DNA of 64,000 bases from Eledone cirrhosa (taxonomy: Eukaryota). Both the position numbers and the translations under genes were made by a program. The DNA lies in contig OZ024759.1 in assembly GCA_964016885.1 (NCBI GenBank), positions 28,582,001 through 28,646,000 of the forward strand, written 5' to 3'. The notes beneath the pieces were generated by a model. That model ran no database searches, had not been told where the DNA came from, and saw only the letters and a list, made by a program, of their open reading frames with translations. This document shows, in pieces, positions 40,457 through 54,736 of the stretch. Positions within the stretch are counted from its first letter, which is position 1; every line of letters begins with the position of its first letter.

Positions 40457-41106
40457 CACTGCAGCTCATTTAGAATCCATAAAGAAATCCAATATGATGA
40501 AAGCCAACTACAAAAATAAGAACTCTCATCACCTGATCTCGTTAGAATTATTACTTCTGGACGACATGGAGTTCTAACAATGTTACTCGCTCTACTATAG
40601 ACAGGTAGATACCAGTGTATATATATATATAAGGTCTTATTTATCATTGTTGTGGTATATCTATGGCCACTGCCTTCAGTCGTTTTTCTTGGTGACGCAC
40701 TTTTTAACTTTTGTGTTTACTCTAGATGGTAATGTATTAACATACAGCTCCATTGAGTGCTTTATGATTGCCTCAACAAATAGTACTTGCTGTATGGCAG
40801 CTACGACTTTCATTATATACCACTGTAAAGAGGCCGTGTAGGTGACATGACACAAAGCACCCAGTCCACACTCTAAAGTAGGAGACACGGTAAAAAGGCT
40901 CCCGGTCCACACTGTCAATGTGGTTGGTGTTAGGAAGGGCATTCAGCCGTAGAAAACCTGCCAGAAACAGTTCTGTACAAGCGAGACACGGTCACCCGAC
41001 TAATCTTGCCTCAAGTAGGACAAACCCATGCAACCCATTCTAGCATGGAAGATGGACATTAAACGATGATGATGATATATATATATGTGTGTATATGTAT
41101 ATATAT

Positions 41107-41450
41107 ATCATCATCATCACATCATCATCATCACCATTTTACGTCCGTTCTTCTACGCTAGCATGGGTTAGACGGGTTGTCCTGTTGTGGGCAAGTGTCT
41201 GGTCGGCTGACCATGCCTTACTCATACAGGAACTGATTCTGGCTTGATTTCTACAGCTGGATGCCCTTCCTAACACCAACCCCATTTACAGTGAGTGCTG
41301 GGTGCTTTTTCGTGGCGCCTACACGTCCACTTTACAGTGTAGTCTGGGTGCTTTTTTGCCGTGGCACCTCCACGACCACCTTGCAGTGGGAGGGTTGGGG
41401 GCATATTGTCTATATGCTTCAGCTTGTACCCACGGGAGGTCGGGTACTCT
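41107..41450 (-). mobile_element. Non-autonomous RTE-tailed element with a non-tRNA head
   Basis: Near-identical to 7316-7641. Confidence 0.75.
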
Positions 41451-41961
41451 GTATTATATATACCCACCATCAACAGCTACATTAGTGCATAACTACACAG
41501 TAGTACACAAAAACATTATCAGCATCAACATCATCATCAACATCATCATCAACATCTACAGCATCAGCATCATCTACCAACAACATCAGTACACAACAAC
41601 AACAACAACAACAGGACAAAACAACTACGTGAATGCATTACCAACAACAACAGTCACAGCATCAGTCGCAGCAACAAACAGAACAACACATACGTACACA
41701 GACACACACACACACACACACAGACACACACAGACACACACAGACACACGAGAAACAAAAGACAGAGAAGAAAGAACAACCCCAAGACATCACTTTCCAA
41801 AATATAAACCACACAACTTCCTGTCAGTTATTTCCTGTAAATGAGAGGGGGGGGGGGGGGTTATAAAGAGGGAGGGGCGGGAGATAATGGTGGAGGGGAG
41901 ACATTCCACAGAGCTCCTTAACATCCCTTCACCTTAACGAAGGGCATTCTTCATTATATAA

Positions 41962-42018
<57 letters not shown>

Positions 42019-42332
42019 TATATATATATATATAATATATATATATAAGTATATATATATAAGTATATATATATATATATATATATAAGTATATATATAT
42101 ATTATATATATATATTATATATATAAGTATACATATATATTATATATATATTATATATATAAGTATACATATATAAGTATATATATATAAGTATATATAT
42201 ATAAGTATATATATATGTATGTATATATATATATATATATAAGTGTATATATATATAAGTATATATATGTATATATATATATATAAGTATATATATATAT
42301 ATAAGTATATATATAAGTATATATATATATAA

Positions 42333-42373
<41 letters not shown>

Positions 42374-42496
42374 CACACACATGAAACTGTGCAGCATAGC
42401 AATCATAAAATGGTGGTGGTGGTGGCAGTGGTGGTAACGTGGTAGGTGGGGCTGAAATAATGGGCTCTCTTCTACTATACTATATATGTGTGTGTG

Positions 42497-42565
<69 letters not shown>

Positions 42566-42673
42566 TATATATGCATGGAAGCTGAACTTTGAATAAATAT
42601 TATTGCACTCTACATAATGGTATTGAGTGCTTTTCTTCACTGCACTGAAATTCACATTAGTGTGAACACATAA

Positions 42674-42750
<77 letters not shown>

Positions 42751-43059
42751 TAGCTCTGTTCTATAGATAGAGCACTCTTTTTTCTTTGCTTTTCCTTAGG
42801 AATTACAAAACATATATATATATGTGTGTGTGTGTGTGTATATATATGTGTGTGTGTATATATATATATATGTGTGTGTGTATATATATATGTGTGTGTA
42901 TATATATATATGTGTGTGTATATATATATATGTGTGTGTGTATATATATATATATGTGTGTATACATATATGTGTGTGTGTGTATACATGTGTGTGTGTA
43001 TATATATAGAGGTGTGTGTGTATATATATATATATATATACATACACACACACATATAG

Positions 43060-43090
<31 letters not shown>

Positions 43091-44131
43091 CAACCACACA
43101 CACACACGCGTGTGTCTGTGCGTGTGTGATTCGATGGTATGTTTAGTAGTGTTAACACAATTGTTAACAGTTATTAAACTAGCACCGACGTTAAGAAATT
43201 ACCTTAACGATGTGGAAGCTAATTAGCAATTACCTCTTGCCTGTACCTACCTAGAAGACCATTCCCTCACCACCACCACACCACTACCATCACTGACACA
43301 ACCACCACCACCACCACTACCATCACCACCACCACCACCACCATCACCACTACCATCACCACCAATACCATCACCACTACCACCACCATCTTTACAACTA
43401 CCATCTTCACCATCACAACCACCTTCACCACCACCACTACCATCAATACCACCACCACTACCATCACCACCACTACCATCACCACCACCACCATCACCAC
43501 CACCACCACTACCATCACCACCACTACCATCACCACCACCACCACTACCACCACCAACAACAACACCATCTCTACCATCAACACAACCACCTCCATCACC
43601 ATCTTTACAATCACCACCTTTTACTGCCACAGCCAACAACACCACCAGCACCACCACTACCTCCACCCAAACAACCACCTCTTCCTCACCACTCACTAAC
43701 TAAATCATCTCTAACCATCCCTTCTACCATCCAGCCCACCATTCTCGGCACTAATACCTCCCTCTCTTTCTCTAACCATCCCTTCTACCATCCAGCCCAC
43801 CATTCTCGGCACTAATACCTCCCTCTCTTTCTCTAACCATCCCTTCTACCATCCTGGCCACCATCTATTACCATCTCTAACAAAATCCCCACCACCACCA
43901 CCACTGCTACCACCATCCCTGGCTCCTCCTTCAACCAAACCACCTCACCATTCAGTCCTTCCATCTCTTCAACCATCCTGCTGCACCATGGCTCCCTACC
44001 ATCTTCAACCATCCTCTCCTCTCTCTCTCACCTCTAACCATCTACCCACCCTCATGTCGGCCCACATCTAACCATCCCCATGATATTGTGGTAAAGTTCT
44101 GTTCACTGGACCATATCATTATCTAGGTGGA

Positions 44132-44277
44132 CTGGCAGTATCGGTAGAGGGTCGGACGCCATGCTTTGAAGCATAGAGTTACGGCCCTTGCCATTCTGAG
44201 TTCAAATCCCGCCAAGGTTAACTTTGCCTTTCATCCTTACGGGGTCGATAAAATAAAGTACCAGTAATACACTGGGT
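44132..44277 (+). mobile_element. Nin/Deu-like SINE, 3'-truncated
   Basis: Homologous to 23208. Confidence 0.8.
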
Positions 44278-44346
44278 ACATTATGGTCCTTCCTACACAT
44301 CCTACACTTCACAACCAGGATCTTGGAGGTCATGTACACCAGAGTT

Positions 44347-44533
44347 CTTGCTATATTTAGTATATATATACAGCCATCTTGCTATATTTAGTATATATAT
44401 ACAGCCATCTTGCTATATTTAGTATATATATACAGCCATCTTGCTATATTTAGTATATATATACAGCCATCTTGCTATATTTAGTATATATATACAGCCA
44501 TCTTGCTATATTTAGTATATATACAGCCATCTT
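44347..44533. repeat. 31-bp minisatellite
   Basis: About 6 x TCTTGCTATATTTAGTATATATATACAGCCA. Confidence 0.9.
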
Positions 44534-44549
44534 ATATATATATATATAT

Positions 44550-45545
44550 ATGATGGCTGCCCCCTTGTTATCGAGTATGGCCATTGCGCGATATACCATT
44601 ATTAATAATTATTTATTAATTCTATCGTGCAATGTCTGTGCATGAAGATATTTTTTAAAGTGAGGAAAGACTGTGCACTGAGCCAATCCCACTCTCTGAG
44701 CGACAGTAGCTATAACCCGAAAAGAAGAAAAGGTCAACATCATCGGTAACTACTGAGCCGCAGGTTTTATATTGGAGTTATCCCAGTTTCCTGAGTTGCC
44801 TTCTCCTAGAAGAATGCCCTGACAAAGGCTAGGGGGTCCTTCACTCCCAGATACAGATATATAGATACATACATACATGTATACATAAACATATATACTT
44901 GAGTTGCTGCTATATTTAGTATATATACAGGCATCCGTATATTCATGCACACATACATACATATGTCCCACCCTTGCGAGCAGGGAAGAGTGGACGTAAA
45001 ATGATGATGATGATGATGATGATGATATGATGGCTGAAACTCAATTTCGAGTAATACCATTGATTGATACGTAAGCATCACGGACGTGGCTTTTTAGTTC
45101 TGCTAACGATTTTCCAATGGCCAGCAAAAAATGTCACATAACAAGCGATGCCTGTGCTTGAAGCTTTTTTAAGTGAGCAAAGGATTTTCACAGAGCCAAT
45201 CCCACTCTCGGAACATCGAATGCATTTACCCAAATAGAAGAACTGGTCTACATCATTGGATCCAAATGATGTCACAAGTTTTATATCTCCTAGAGAGATG
45301 TCTTAATGAAGACTAGGAATCTCTTGCTCCACAAAAAGAAAAAAATACTTTAGTGGATGGGCGTTGACTCTCTTGAGGTCCTCTGCCCTTTGTCAGGTCG
45401 ATCTTCAGCGCTACTGGCAACATGTAACCCAGTACAACCTGTGCATGGTCGGGTCGGCAGTGACAAAACCAGCAACCTCACCAGGCTTTCTTGGTGATGA
45501 GGGTGATTTTGGACACCGGGCAGGATGAAAAACAAAACCCGTCAT
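44550..45545 (-). mobile_element. Two related degenerate non-autonomous RTE-like elements
   Basis: Shared GAGCCAATCCCACTCTC and GGTC(A/T)ACATCAT blocks at about 44680 and 45194; GCCTTCTCCTAG motif. Confidence 0.4.
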
Positions 45546-46098
45546 ACATATACTGCCACCGCCGCTGTCATTGTTGTCGTTTAACGTCCATCTTCCACGC
45601 TAGCATGGGTTAGACGGTTTTGTTCCATTTGATGCGGGACTGGTCGGGAGACAATGTCTCGCTCGCATCGAAGCGTCTCTGGCAGGGTTTTTTTTTACAG
45701 CTGGATGCCCTTCCTAATACCAATCACATTTACAGTGTGGACTAGGAGCCTTTTCACCGTGTCTCATACACGGCCACCTTACAGTGTGGACTGTTGTTTC
45801 ATCAACACAGTGGACGGGACGGGAGAGGGGGGTGGGGAGGAGTGTGGTGGTGGGGTGTACACATATATATATATATATATATATGCATACATACATACAT
45901 ATATATGCTTACATACAAATATATAATGTATGGGGTGCAGTCATTAGAGTGTGATGTCAGTGGCATTGATTATGTCCTGAACTTGGTCCTTGATGATCTG
46001 TTAAACCCATGCTAGCAGGAAAAATGGACATTAAATGTTTATAGTATCTTTACTAGTGGACAGATTGTTGTAAAAAATTAAACTAAAGACTTTAATAT

Positions 46099-47814
46099 TT
46101 AACCCTCTAGCATTTAAACTGGCCATAAATGGCTGCTTATACTGATGTTAAGGTATTGTTCTCAAAATAAATAACATCAAAATCTCATAGATTCAATATT
46201 ATGTGAGATATTATGTGAGATAATTATGTAAGATAAAGCCTTTACCATGAAAATACAATAGTATATATAGAGTAATGTAAATGCTATGTGAGATATTATG
46301 TGAGGTAAAGCCTTTACCATGAAAATACAATAGTATATATAGAGTAATGTAAATGCTATGCGAGATATTATGTAAGATAAAGCCTTTACCATGAAAATAC
46401 AATAGTATATATAGAGTAATGTAAATGCTATGTGAGATATTATGTAAGATAAAGCCTTTACCATGAAAATACAATAGTATATATAGAGTAATGTAAATGC
46501 TATGTGAGATATTATGTGAGGTAAAGCCTTTACCATGAAAATACAATAGTATATATAGAGTAATGTAAATGCTATGTGAGATATTATGTAAGATAAAGCC
46601 TTTACCAAGAAAATACAATAGTATATATAGAGTAATGTAAATGCTATGTGAGATATTATGTAAGATAAAGCCTTTACCATGAAAATACAATAGTATATAT
46701 AGAGTAATGTAAATGCTATGTGAGCTATTATGTAAGATAAAGCCTTTACCATGAAAATACAATAGTATATATAGAGTAATGTAAATGCTATGTGAGATAT
46801 TATGTAAGATAAAGCCTTTACCATGAAAATACAATAGTATATATAGAGTAATGTAAATGTTATGAGAGATAATTATGTAAGATAAAGCCTTTACCATGAA
46901 AATACAATAGTATATATAGAGTAATGTAAATGCTATGTGAGATATTATGTAAGATAAAGCCTTTACCATGAAAATACAATAGTATATATAGAGTAATGTA
47001 AATGCTATGTGAGCTATTATGTAAGATAAAGCCTTTACCATGAAAATACAATAGTATATATAGAGTAATGTAAATGTTATGAGAGATAATTATGTAAGAT
47101 AAAGCCTTTACCATGAAAATACAATAGTATATATAGAGTAATGTAAATGCTATGCGAGATATTATGTAAGATAAAGCCTTTACCATGAAAATACAATAGT
47201 ATATATAGAGTAATGTAAATGCTATGTGAGATATTTATGTAAGATAAAGCCTTTACCATGAAAATACAATAGTATATATAGAGTAATGTAAATGCTATGC
47301 GAGATATTATGTAAGATAAAGCCTTTACCATGAAAATACAATAGTATATATAGAGTAATGTAAATGCTATGCGAGATATTTATGTAAGATAAAGCCTTTA
47401 CCATGAAAATACAATAGTATATATAGAGTAATGTAAATGCTATGTGAGATATTATGTAAGATAAAGCCTTTACCATGAAAATACAATAGTATATATAGAG
47501 TAATGTAAATGCTATGTGAGATATTTATGTAAGATAAAGCCTTTACCATGAAAATACAATAGTATATATAGAGTAATGTAAATGCTATGTGAGATATTTA
47601 TGTAAGATAAAGCCTTTACCATGAAAATACAATAGTATATATAGAGTAATGTAAATGCTATGTGAGATATTTATGTAAGATAAAGCCTTTACCATGAAAA
47701 TACAATAGTATATATAGAGTAATGTAAATGCTATGTGAGATATTATGTAAGATAAAGCCTTTACCATGAAAATACAATAGTATATATAGAGTAATGTAAA
47801 TGCTAAAGGGTTAA
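46099..47814. mobile_element. piggyBac-like MITE with an internal 72/73-bp tandem expansion (~22 units)
   Basis: TTAA|CCCTCTAGCATTTA ... TAAATGCTAAAGGG|TTAA gives a TTAA target duplication and CCC-starting terminal inverted repeats; repeat unit GAGATATTATGTAAGATAAAGCCTTTACCATG... Confidence 0.75.
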
Positions 47815-48570
47815 TGTGATGCAGTCATGCTGTTTTGTACTTTTCAAGAATGTTTATCTAATGTGGTTCCTTACAGTACAGGACATTAAAAGTTAATGTC
47901 TAAAAGATGTTTTCCTTTCCTGTCAGAATGTAAAGCCGATATTGCAAGTGCGAGGGGGTCAATGACAAAGATGGCGGAAGATTGAGAAAGATGAGGAGGC
48001 TGAGAGGATGTGATTATTTCAGAATGGTGATATCATGATAAGGCAATATGAGGGGGACCCCACCCCCCACCCCCTACCAAGATTTTGGCCCATATAAGAT
48101 ATGGTATATCTCTCTCTGCCTGTACAGTTGTGGTAGTGGTTGTAGTGACCGTAGTAGTGTTTGTGGTTGTAGTTGTGGTGGTGCTAGTAGTAGTGAGGGC
48201 ATCAGTTGTGGTGGAGGATGTAGTAGTGGTGGTGACTAATTGTGGTGGTGGTGGTGCCAGTAGTTGTGGTGGTGGTGCCAGTAGTTGTGGTGAAGGTTGC
48301 AGTAGAGGTAGTAGTAGTAGCAGTTGTAGTATAAAGTGCAGTAGAGGTAGTAATAGTAGTAGTAATGGTGGTTAAATGCAGTTGAGGTGGTAGTAGTAGT
48401 AGTAGTAGTAGTGTGCAGTAGAGGTAGTGGTAGTAGTGATTGTAGTAGTAGTAGTAGTAGTAATAATAGTAGTAGTAGTAGTGGTGTAGAGTGCAGTCTA
48501 CCACTTGAATGAACTGCAGTCACTATATATTAACAACAACAACATAGAGATACGATAGGAGCTGTAGTAC

Positions 48571-48603
<33 letters not shown>

Positions 48604-49179
48604 CACACACACAAACACTATACACACATCCACACAGATGAACGAATATATACATATATATATATACACAGACACACATATTAACACATGTACAAACACA
48701 TATATATATATATATATATACAAATATATATATATACATACATACATACATACATACACAGACATAAACACTATACATACACACATATAAACTATATATA
48801 TACACACACACATATAAACTATATATATATACACACACACATAAACACTATACATACACACATATAAACTATATATATACACACACACACATAAACACTA
48901 TACATACACACATATAAACTATATATATACACACACACACATAAACACTATACATACACACATATAAACTATATATATACACACACATAAACACTATACA
49001 TACACACATATAAACTATATATATACACACACACACGTAAACACTATACATACATAGGAAGTCTCCATTTCCCATTGATAAGAGAACTGTCTCATTTAAT
49101 ATGCAAACTTTCACTGACAGATGATCAGGCATCTGGTTATCAGACGATATATTGTATATATACACCATATATATTGTGT

Positions 49180-49210
<31 letters not shown>

Positions 49211-49345
49211 CATATACACACATGGTTATCAGATGATTTATATATATAGAGAGAGAGAGAGAGAGATATATATGTATGTGTGTGTATGCATATATAATAT
49301 ACACATGGTTATTAGATGATATACCTCCATATATATATATATATA

Positions 49346-49396
<51 letters not shown>

Positions 49397-49466
49397 GTGT
49401 ATGTGTATATATACACATACAAAAATATCATCAACATCATTTTACATCAGCTTTCTACATTCACGT

Positions 49467-49539
<73 letters not shown>

Positions 49540-49625
49540 CACATATGTATGTATATATATATATATATATATATACATGTGTATGTATATATATGTATAT
49601 ATATATATATACACATACACATATG

Positions 49626-49687
<62 letters not shown>

Positions 49688-49735
49688 CACATATGTATGT
49701 ATATATATATATATACATGTGTATGTATATATATG

Positions 49736-49768
<33 letters not shown>

Positions 49769-50683
49769 GCATATGTATGTGCATGAATGTATACTTTTGT
49801 GTGGGAGTAAGTGTGCATGCTTTTTTCAAATGTTTACATCATGTATTCATGTGTATATATATATATATATATATGTATACACCATATATCCATATATATA
49901 TATATATATACCATATATCCATATGTGTATACATCCCTGCCAAAACTCTGGAGAATTATGTCATATAGCAATAACAGGAAACTTCAGGTTCTCAAGACAA
50001 CCATTGGAACAGGAAATATTGGTGATGATGGTGATGGTGGTGGTGGTAGTGGTGGTGGTGGTGGTGGTGGTAGTGGTGGTGGTGGTGGTGGTGGTGGTGG
50101 TAGTGGTGGTGGTGGTGGTGGTTGTGGTGGTAGTGGTGGTGGTGGTGATGATGGTGATGGTAGTGGTGGTGGTGGTGGTGGTGATGGTGGTGGTAGTGGT
50201 GGTGGTGGTGGTGGTGGTGGTAGTGGTGGTGGTGGTGGTGGTTGTGGTGGTAGTGGTGGTGGTGGTGATGATGGTGATGGTAGTGGTGGTGGTGGTGGTG
50301 GTGGTAGTGGTGGTGGTGATGATGGTGATGGTAGTGGTGGTGGTAGTGGTGGTTGTGGTGGTGGTGGTGGTGGTGGTGGTGATGGTGGTAATGGTGGTAG
50401 TGGTGGCAGATGGTTGAGAAGGCAGTGGTGGTGATCATGATGGTGCTAGCGATGATAGTGATCGTGGTGATAGTATATATGTTGACAGTGATGATGATGA
50501 TGATGATAAGGAGGAGGGGGAAAGCTGTGCTGGAGAGAAGATTCGTCCATATTTACATGTCTAGTCTACATGCTCAATGTGTAAATTTACACAATTAACC
50601 AGTCTTGGTTACCTCTGTTCTGCGTTTATACAGATATAACTACAACACACACACGGTGAACTAACTGTTGTGGAACTACTTAT

Positions 50684-51170
50684 ATGTTCTATTCTAGGGC
50701 TGGTAAAATTCCCGAGATCCATGGCCGAGTTCTCTCCAGCAGTCTCTGTCCCTCATTATCGCTGCCATGTCCTGCGTCTCCAACAGACCAGTGTCTGTCC
50801 TTTGGGCATCAACATACGTTAACCTTGGTCTTCCTCTTCCAGTGTGTCCATGTAGGGGCTCCCACAGGAGCACTGAGTGCAGTGTCAACTCTGGATGTCG
50901 GTGAGCATGTCCAGCTAACCTCAGTCTCCTCTGTGTCACTTTTGAGCTGACTTTTGGGAGGCTCCCATACAGCTCTGAGTTTTTCACCCTCAGTTGAGAT
51001 CGGTGTGGAAGTCAGACCTTCGTAAAGACCTGAAAATCTGCCTCTTCATTGCTGTAGTGGAGTCTGTGCTGCTGTACAGGTCTGAGACTTGGACACTGAC
51101 CAAGAAACTCACTCAGATGGTGGATGGGTGCTACATGAGAATGTTGAGGATGGCTCTGAACATTAATCAG
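50684..51170. mobile_element. Second RTE-like LINE family, 3' fragment with internal inversion
   Basis: Minus 50694-50987 (RRLRLAGH...GRGRPRLTYVD) abuts plus 50990-51170 (VESVLLYRSETWTL...MLRMALNI). Confidence 0.8.
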
Positions 51171-51185
51171 TATACTTATATATAC

Positions 51186-51533
51186 ATCATCATTTCATCA
51201 TCATTTCATTTTACGTCTGCTTTTTCCCTGCTTGCAAGGGTGGGACGGGAACTTATTCTTTGCTTGATTTCTACAGCTGGATGCCCTTCCTAACACCAAC
51301 CTCATTTACAGTGAGTGCTGGGTGCTTTTTTGCCATGGCACCTCCACGACCACTCTGCAGTGGAATGATAGGGACCCCAGTCCCTATCATCGCATTTCTA
51401 CAACTGAGTAAACTGGAGCAATGTGAAATAAAGTGTCTTGCTCAAGGAAACAACACATCACCCGGTCTGAGAATTGAACTCACAACCTTTCGATTGCAAG
51501 GCCAATGCTCTAACCACTAAGCCATGTGCCTCC
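51186..51533 (-). mobile_element. CORE-like SINE, full length
   Basis: Reverse complement of the 36191 type. Confidence 0.85.
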
Positions 51534-51622
51534 ATATATATATATATAGTCTAACCCATGCTAGCGTGGAAGATAGACGTTAAACGATGATGATGATGAT
51601 GATGATAATGATATATATATAT

Positions 51623-51657
<35 letters not shown>

Positions 51658-51658
<1 letters not shown>

Positions 51659-51912
51659 AGGTAATTCCGAAGAAAAAGCAAAGGAAAAAAGAGTGCTCTA
51701 TATATAGAACAGAGCTATTTAATTAGAAAGTGAACAACATAAAATATAACTACTCCATTACCAAAGGTTTCAGGAGCCCAGACAATAATAATATACGTCT
51801 GGATCGGTGTCTGTCTGACAGCCAGTCCAGATGTATATTATTATTGTCTGGGATCCAGAAACCTTTGTAATGGAGTAGTTATATTTTGTGTTGTTCACTG
51901 TCTAATTAAATA
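51658..51912. mobile_element. Fold-back element carrying the 3' half of a hammerhead
   Basis: Arms about 51717-51803 / 51826-51911; GAAAC CTTTG GTA motif. The unique left tail recurs as a reverse complement at 42743-42806. Confidence 0.6.
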
Positions 51913-51914
51913 TA

Positions 51915-52273
<359 letters not shown>

Positions 52274-52532
52274 TTTCTTTGCAAATTTTCCTTTTGTATT
52301 ATTCCTAAAGAAGGGCAAATGCCCGATGCATTGACTATGATCCTCATTCTTCTTCCTCCAAGCGTGAAACTAATACACTTCATGTTATTGCATCCTCTTG
52401 TTTGTTATTTACGTGTTTCCTTGACTGAAGGTGGCTGACAGAATATGCATGTGTGTTTTTTTCTTCCTAATTTTTTTTTCATCATTTTCCCTTTCCTTCC
52501 TCTCATCACTCTTTATTTTCTATTTCTAACTA

Positions 52533-52568
52533 TCTTTTGATGAAGGACTAATGTCCGAAATGTTAAGA
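52533..52568 (+). ncRNA. Decayed minimal type I hammerhead, family B
   Basis: TCTT tTGATGA A GGAC TAAT GTCC GAAA tGTT AAGA. Two C>T changes separate it from TCTT-CTGATGA...GAAACGTT-AAGA, which has a palindromic AACGTT. Confidence 0.6.
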
Positions 52569-52615
52569 CTCTTTTCCTGCTATTTCAAGCAATAAACTAA
52601 TATATTTCTTCCATG

Positions 52616-52655
<40 letters not shown>

Positions 52656-52697
52656 ACTTCTAATCCATGCTAGCGTGGAAGAACGGACGTAAAACAG

Positions 52698-52740
<43 letters not shown>

Positions 52741-52760
52741 AATGAATATTTAGATATTTA

Positions 52761-52824
52761 ATGTCTGATGACTGAGCTCACGCTGTTTCAACATTGAAAC
52801 AGCGTGAGCTCAGTTGTGAGACAT
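52761..52824. mobile_element. Small fold-back with the 3' half of a hammerhead (related in design to 18601)
   Basis: ACTGAGCTCACGCTGTTTCAA-CA-TTGAAACAGCGTGAGCTCAGT; palindromic TGAGCTCA within putative stem III. Confidence 0.5.
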
Positions 52825-52904
52825 CCCGGGTGGAAGACTGTGTTTTGTGCACACAGAACTGATTTTAGTTTGGTTTCTACAGCTGAATGCCCTTCCTAAC
52901 GCCA

Positions 52905-53612
52905 ACCACATTTACAGTGTGGGCTGGGCGCTTTTTGTCGTAACACCTTTACACTTTACAGTGTGGGCTGAGCGTTTTTTATCTTGGCTCCTACACGACT
53001 GATTTACAGAGTGGGTTGGGTGCTTTTTGCTGTGACACCTACACGACACTACAGAGTGGGCTGGGTGCTTTTTGCTGTGACACCTACACAACACTACAGA
53101 GGTGGCTGGGTGCTTTTTGCTGTGACACCTACACGACACTACAGAGTGGGCTGGGTGCTTTTTGTCGTGACACCTACAGGACACTACAGAGTGGGCTGGG
53201 TGCTTTTTGCTGTGACACCTACACGACACTACAGAGTGGGCTGGGTGCTTTTTGTCGTGACACCTACAGGACACTACAGAGTGGGCTGGGTGCTTTTTGT
53301 TGCAACACCTACAACACTTTACAGTGTGGGCTGAGCGCGTTTTATCATGACTCCTACACAACTGCTTTACAGAGTGGGCTGGGTGCTTTTTGCTGTGACA
53401 CCTACACAACACTACAGAGGTGGCAGGGTGCTTTTTGTCGTGACACCTACAACACTTTACAGTGTGGGCTAAACACTTTTTATCGTTACAACTATACGGC
53501 TGCTTTACAGCGTGGGCTGGGTGTTTTTTATAGTGACTCCTACACGACCACTTTACAGTGTGTACTGGGTGCTTTTTGTCATGACACCTACAGTACCACT
53601 TTACAGTGTGGA
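52905..53612 (-). repeat. SINE-internal unit expanded to a ~45-bp minisatellite
   Basis: About 15 units of ACAGAGTGGGCTGGGTGCTTTTTGCTGTGACACCTACACGACACT, directly after SINE body sequence at 52850-52910. Confidence 0.85.
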
Positions 53613-54313
53613 GTAGGCGCTTATATATACATACATATGTGTGTGTGTGTGTGTATATATATAAAGGAGAGACAGACAGACAGTCAGTCAGATAGTTCGG
53701 CTATAAAGACAGATATAAACAAGATGTAATTAATATGAAGTAAACTAGAATATATAAGAGGGGGGGGGCGATAACCATAAACTTCCTGTCTGGTCAACAA
53801 GTGCAATGAAGGGTGGAGGGGTAAGATAGTACCCTACGGCGGCAGGGGGGGGGGGGGATTTTTCTGAGTGCTCCACCCCACCGCCATACACCTGGGGCCA
53901 ACTACCCTGTTATACTCCATCTCTCATGTCAAGGACAAGGAACAAATGACAGGAGTGGGGGGACAGGAGGGAGGTAGTTAAAGAGTGAAGCGGGAGGGGG
54001 GGGGTAGAAGATGAAGGGGTAGTTAAAGGGTGCAAAGGGGTCGGGGTGAGAGGGTTTAAGACTCAGCTGGTTTTAATGATTAAGGATCTCCACCCTTATT
54101 TAGTTGACAATACTATCATCTCTACCACCACCACCACCACTATCCCTATCATCACCACAACAAACACTACCACAACAACAACAACAACCACCACCACGAC
54201 TACAACCACCGCCACCAGTTTCATCATCACCACAACAACCACCAAGACTAAAACATCCACCACCACCACCACAACAACAATTTAATAAAATAATGAAGTT
54301 TTTCATTAAAAAG

Positions 54314-54736
54314 CTGATATTTAACCCTTTAACATTACTCTATATACTCTGATATTTAACCCTTTAACATTACTCTATATACTCTGATATTTAACCCTTT
54401 ACATTACTCTATATACTCTGATATTTAACCCTTTAACATTACTCTATATACTCTGATATTTAACCCTTTACATTACTCTATATACTCTGATATTTAACCC
54501 TTTACATTACTCTATATACTCTGATATTTAACCCTTTACATTACTCTATATATTCTATTATATTTTCACGGTAAAGGTTTCATCTCACATAATATCGAAT
54601 CTATGAGATTTTGATATTTATTTTGAGAACAATACCTTAGCATAAGTATGAGTGGCCAGTTACGGCCAGTTTGAACGGAAAGAGGTGAGAGAATTCTGGC
54701 CACCAGATACGGCCGGTTTAAATGCTAAAGGATTAG
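54314..54736. mobile_element. Same MITE in opposite orientation; terminus amplified as a 34/35-bp array
   Basis: About 7 x TTAACCCTTT(A)ACATTACTCTATATACTCTGATAT, then a body homologous to the reverse complement of 46103-46280. Confidence 0.7.
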
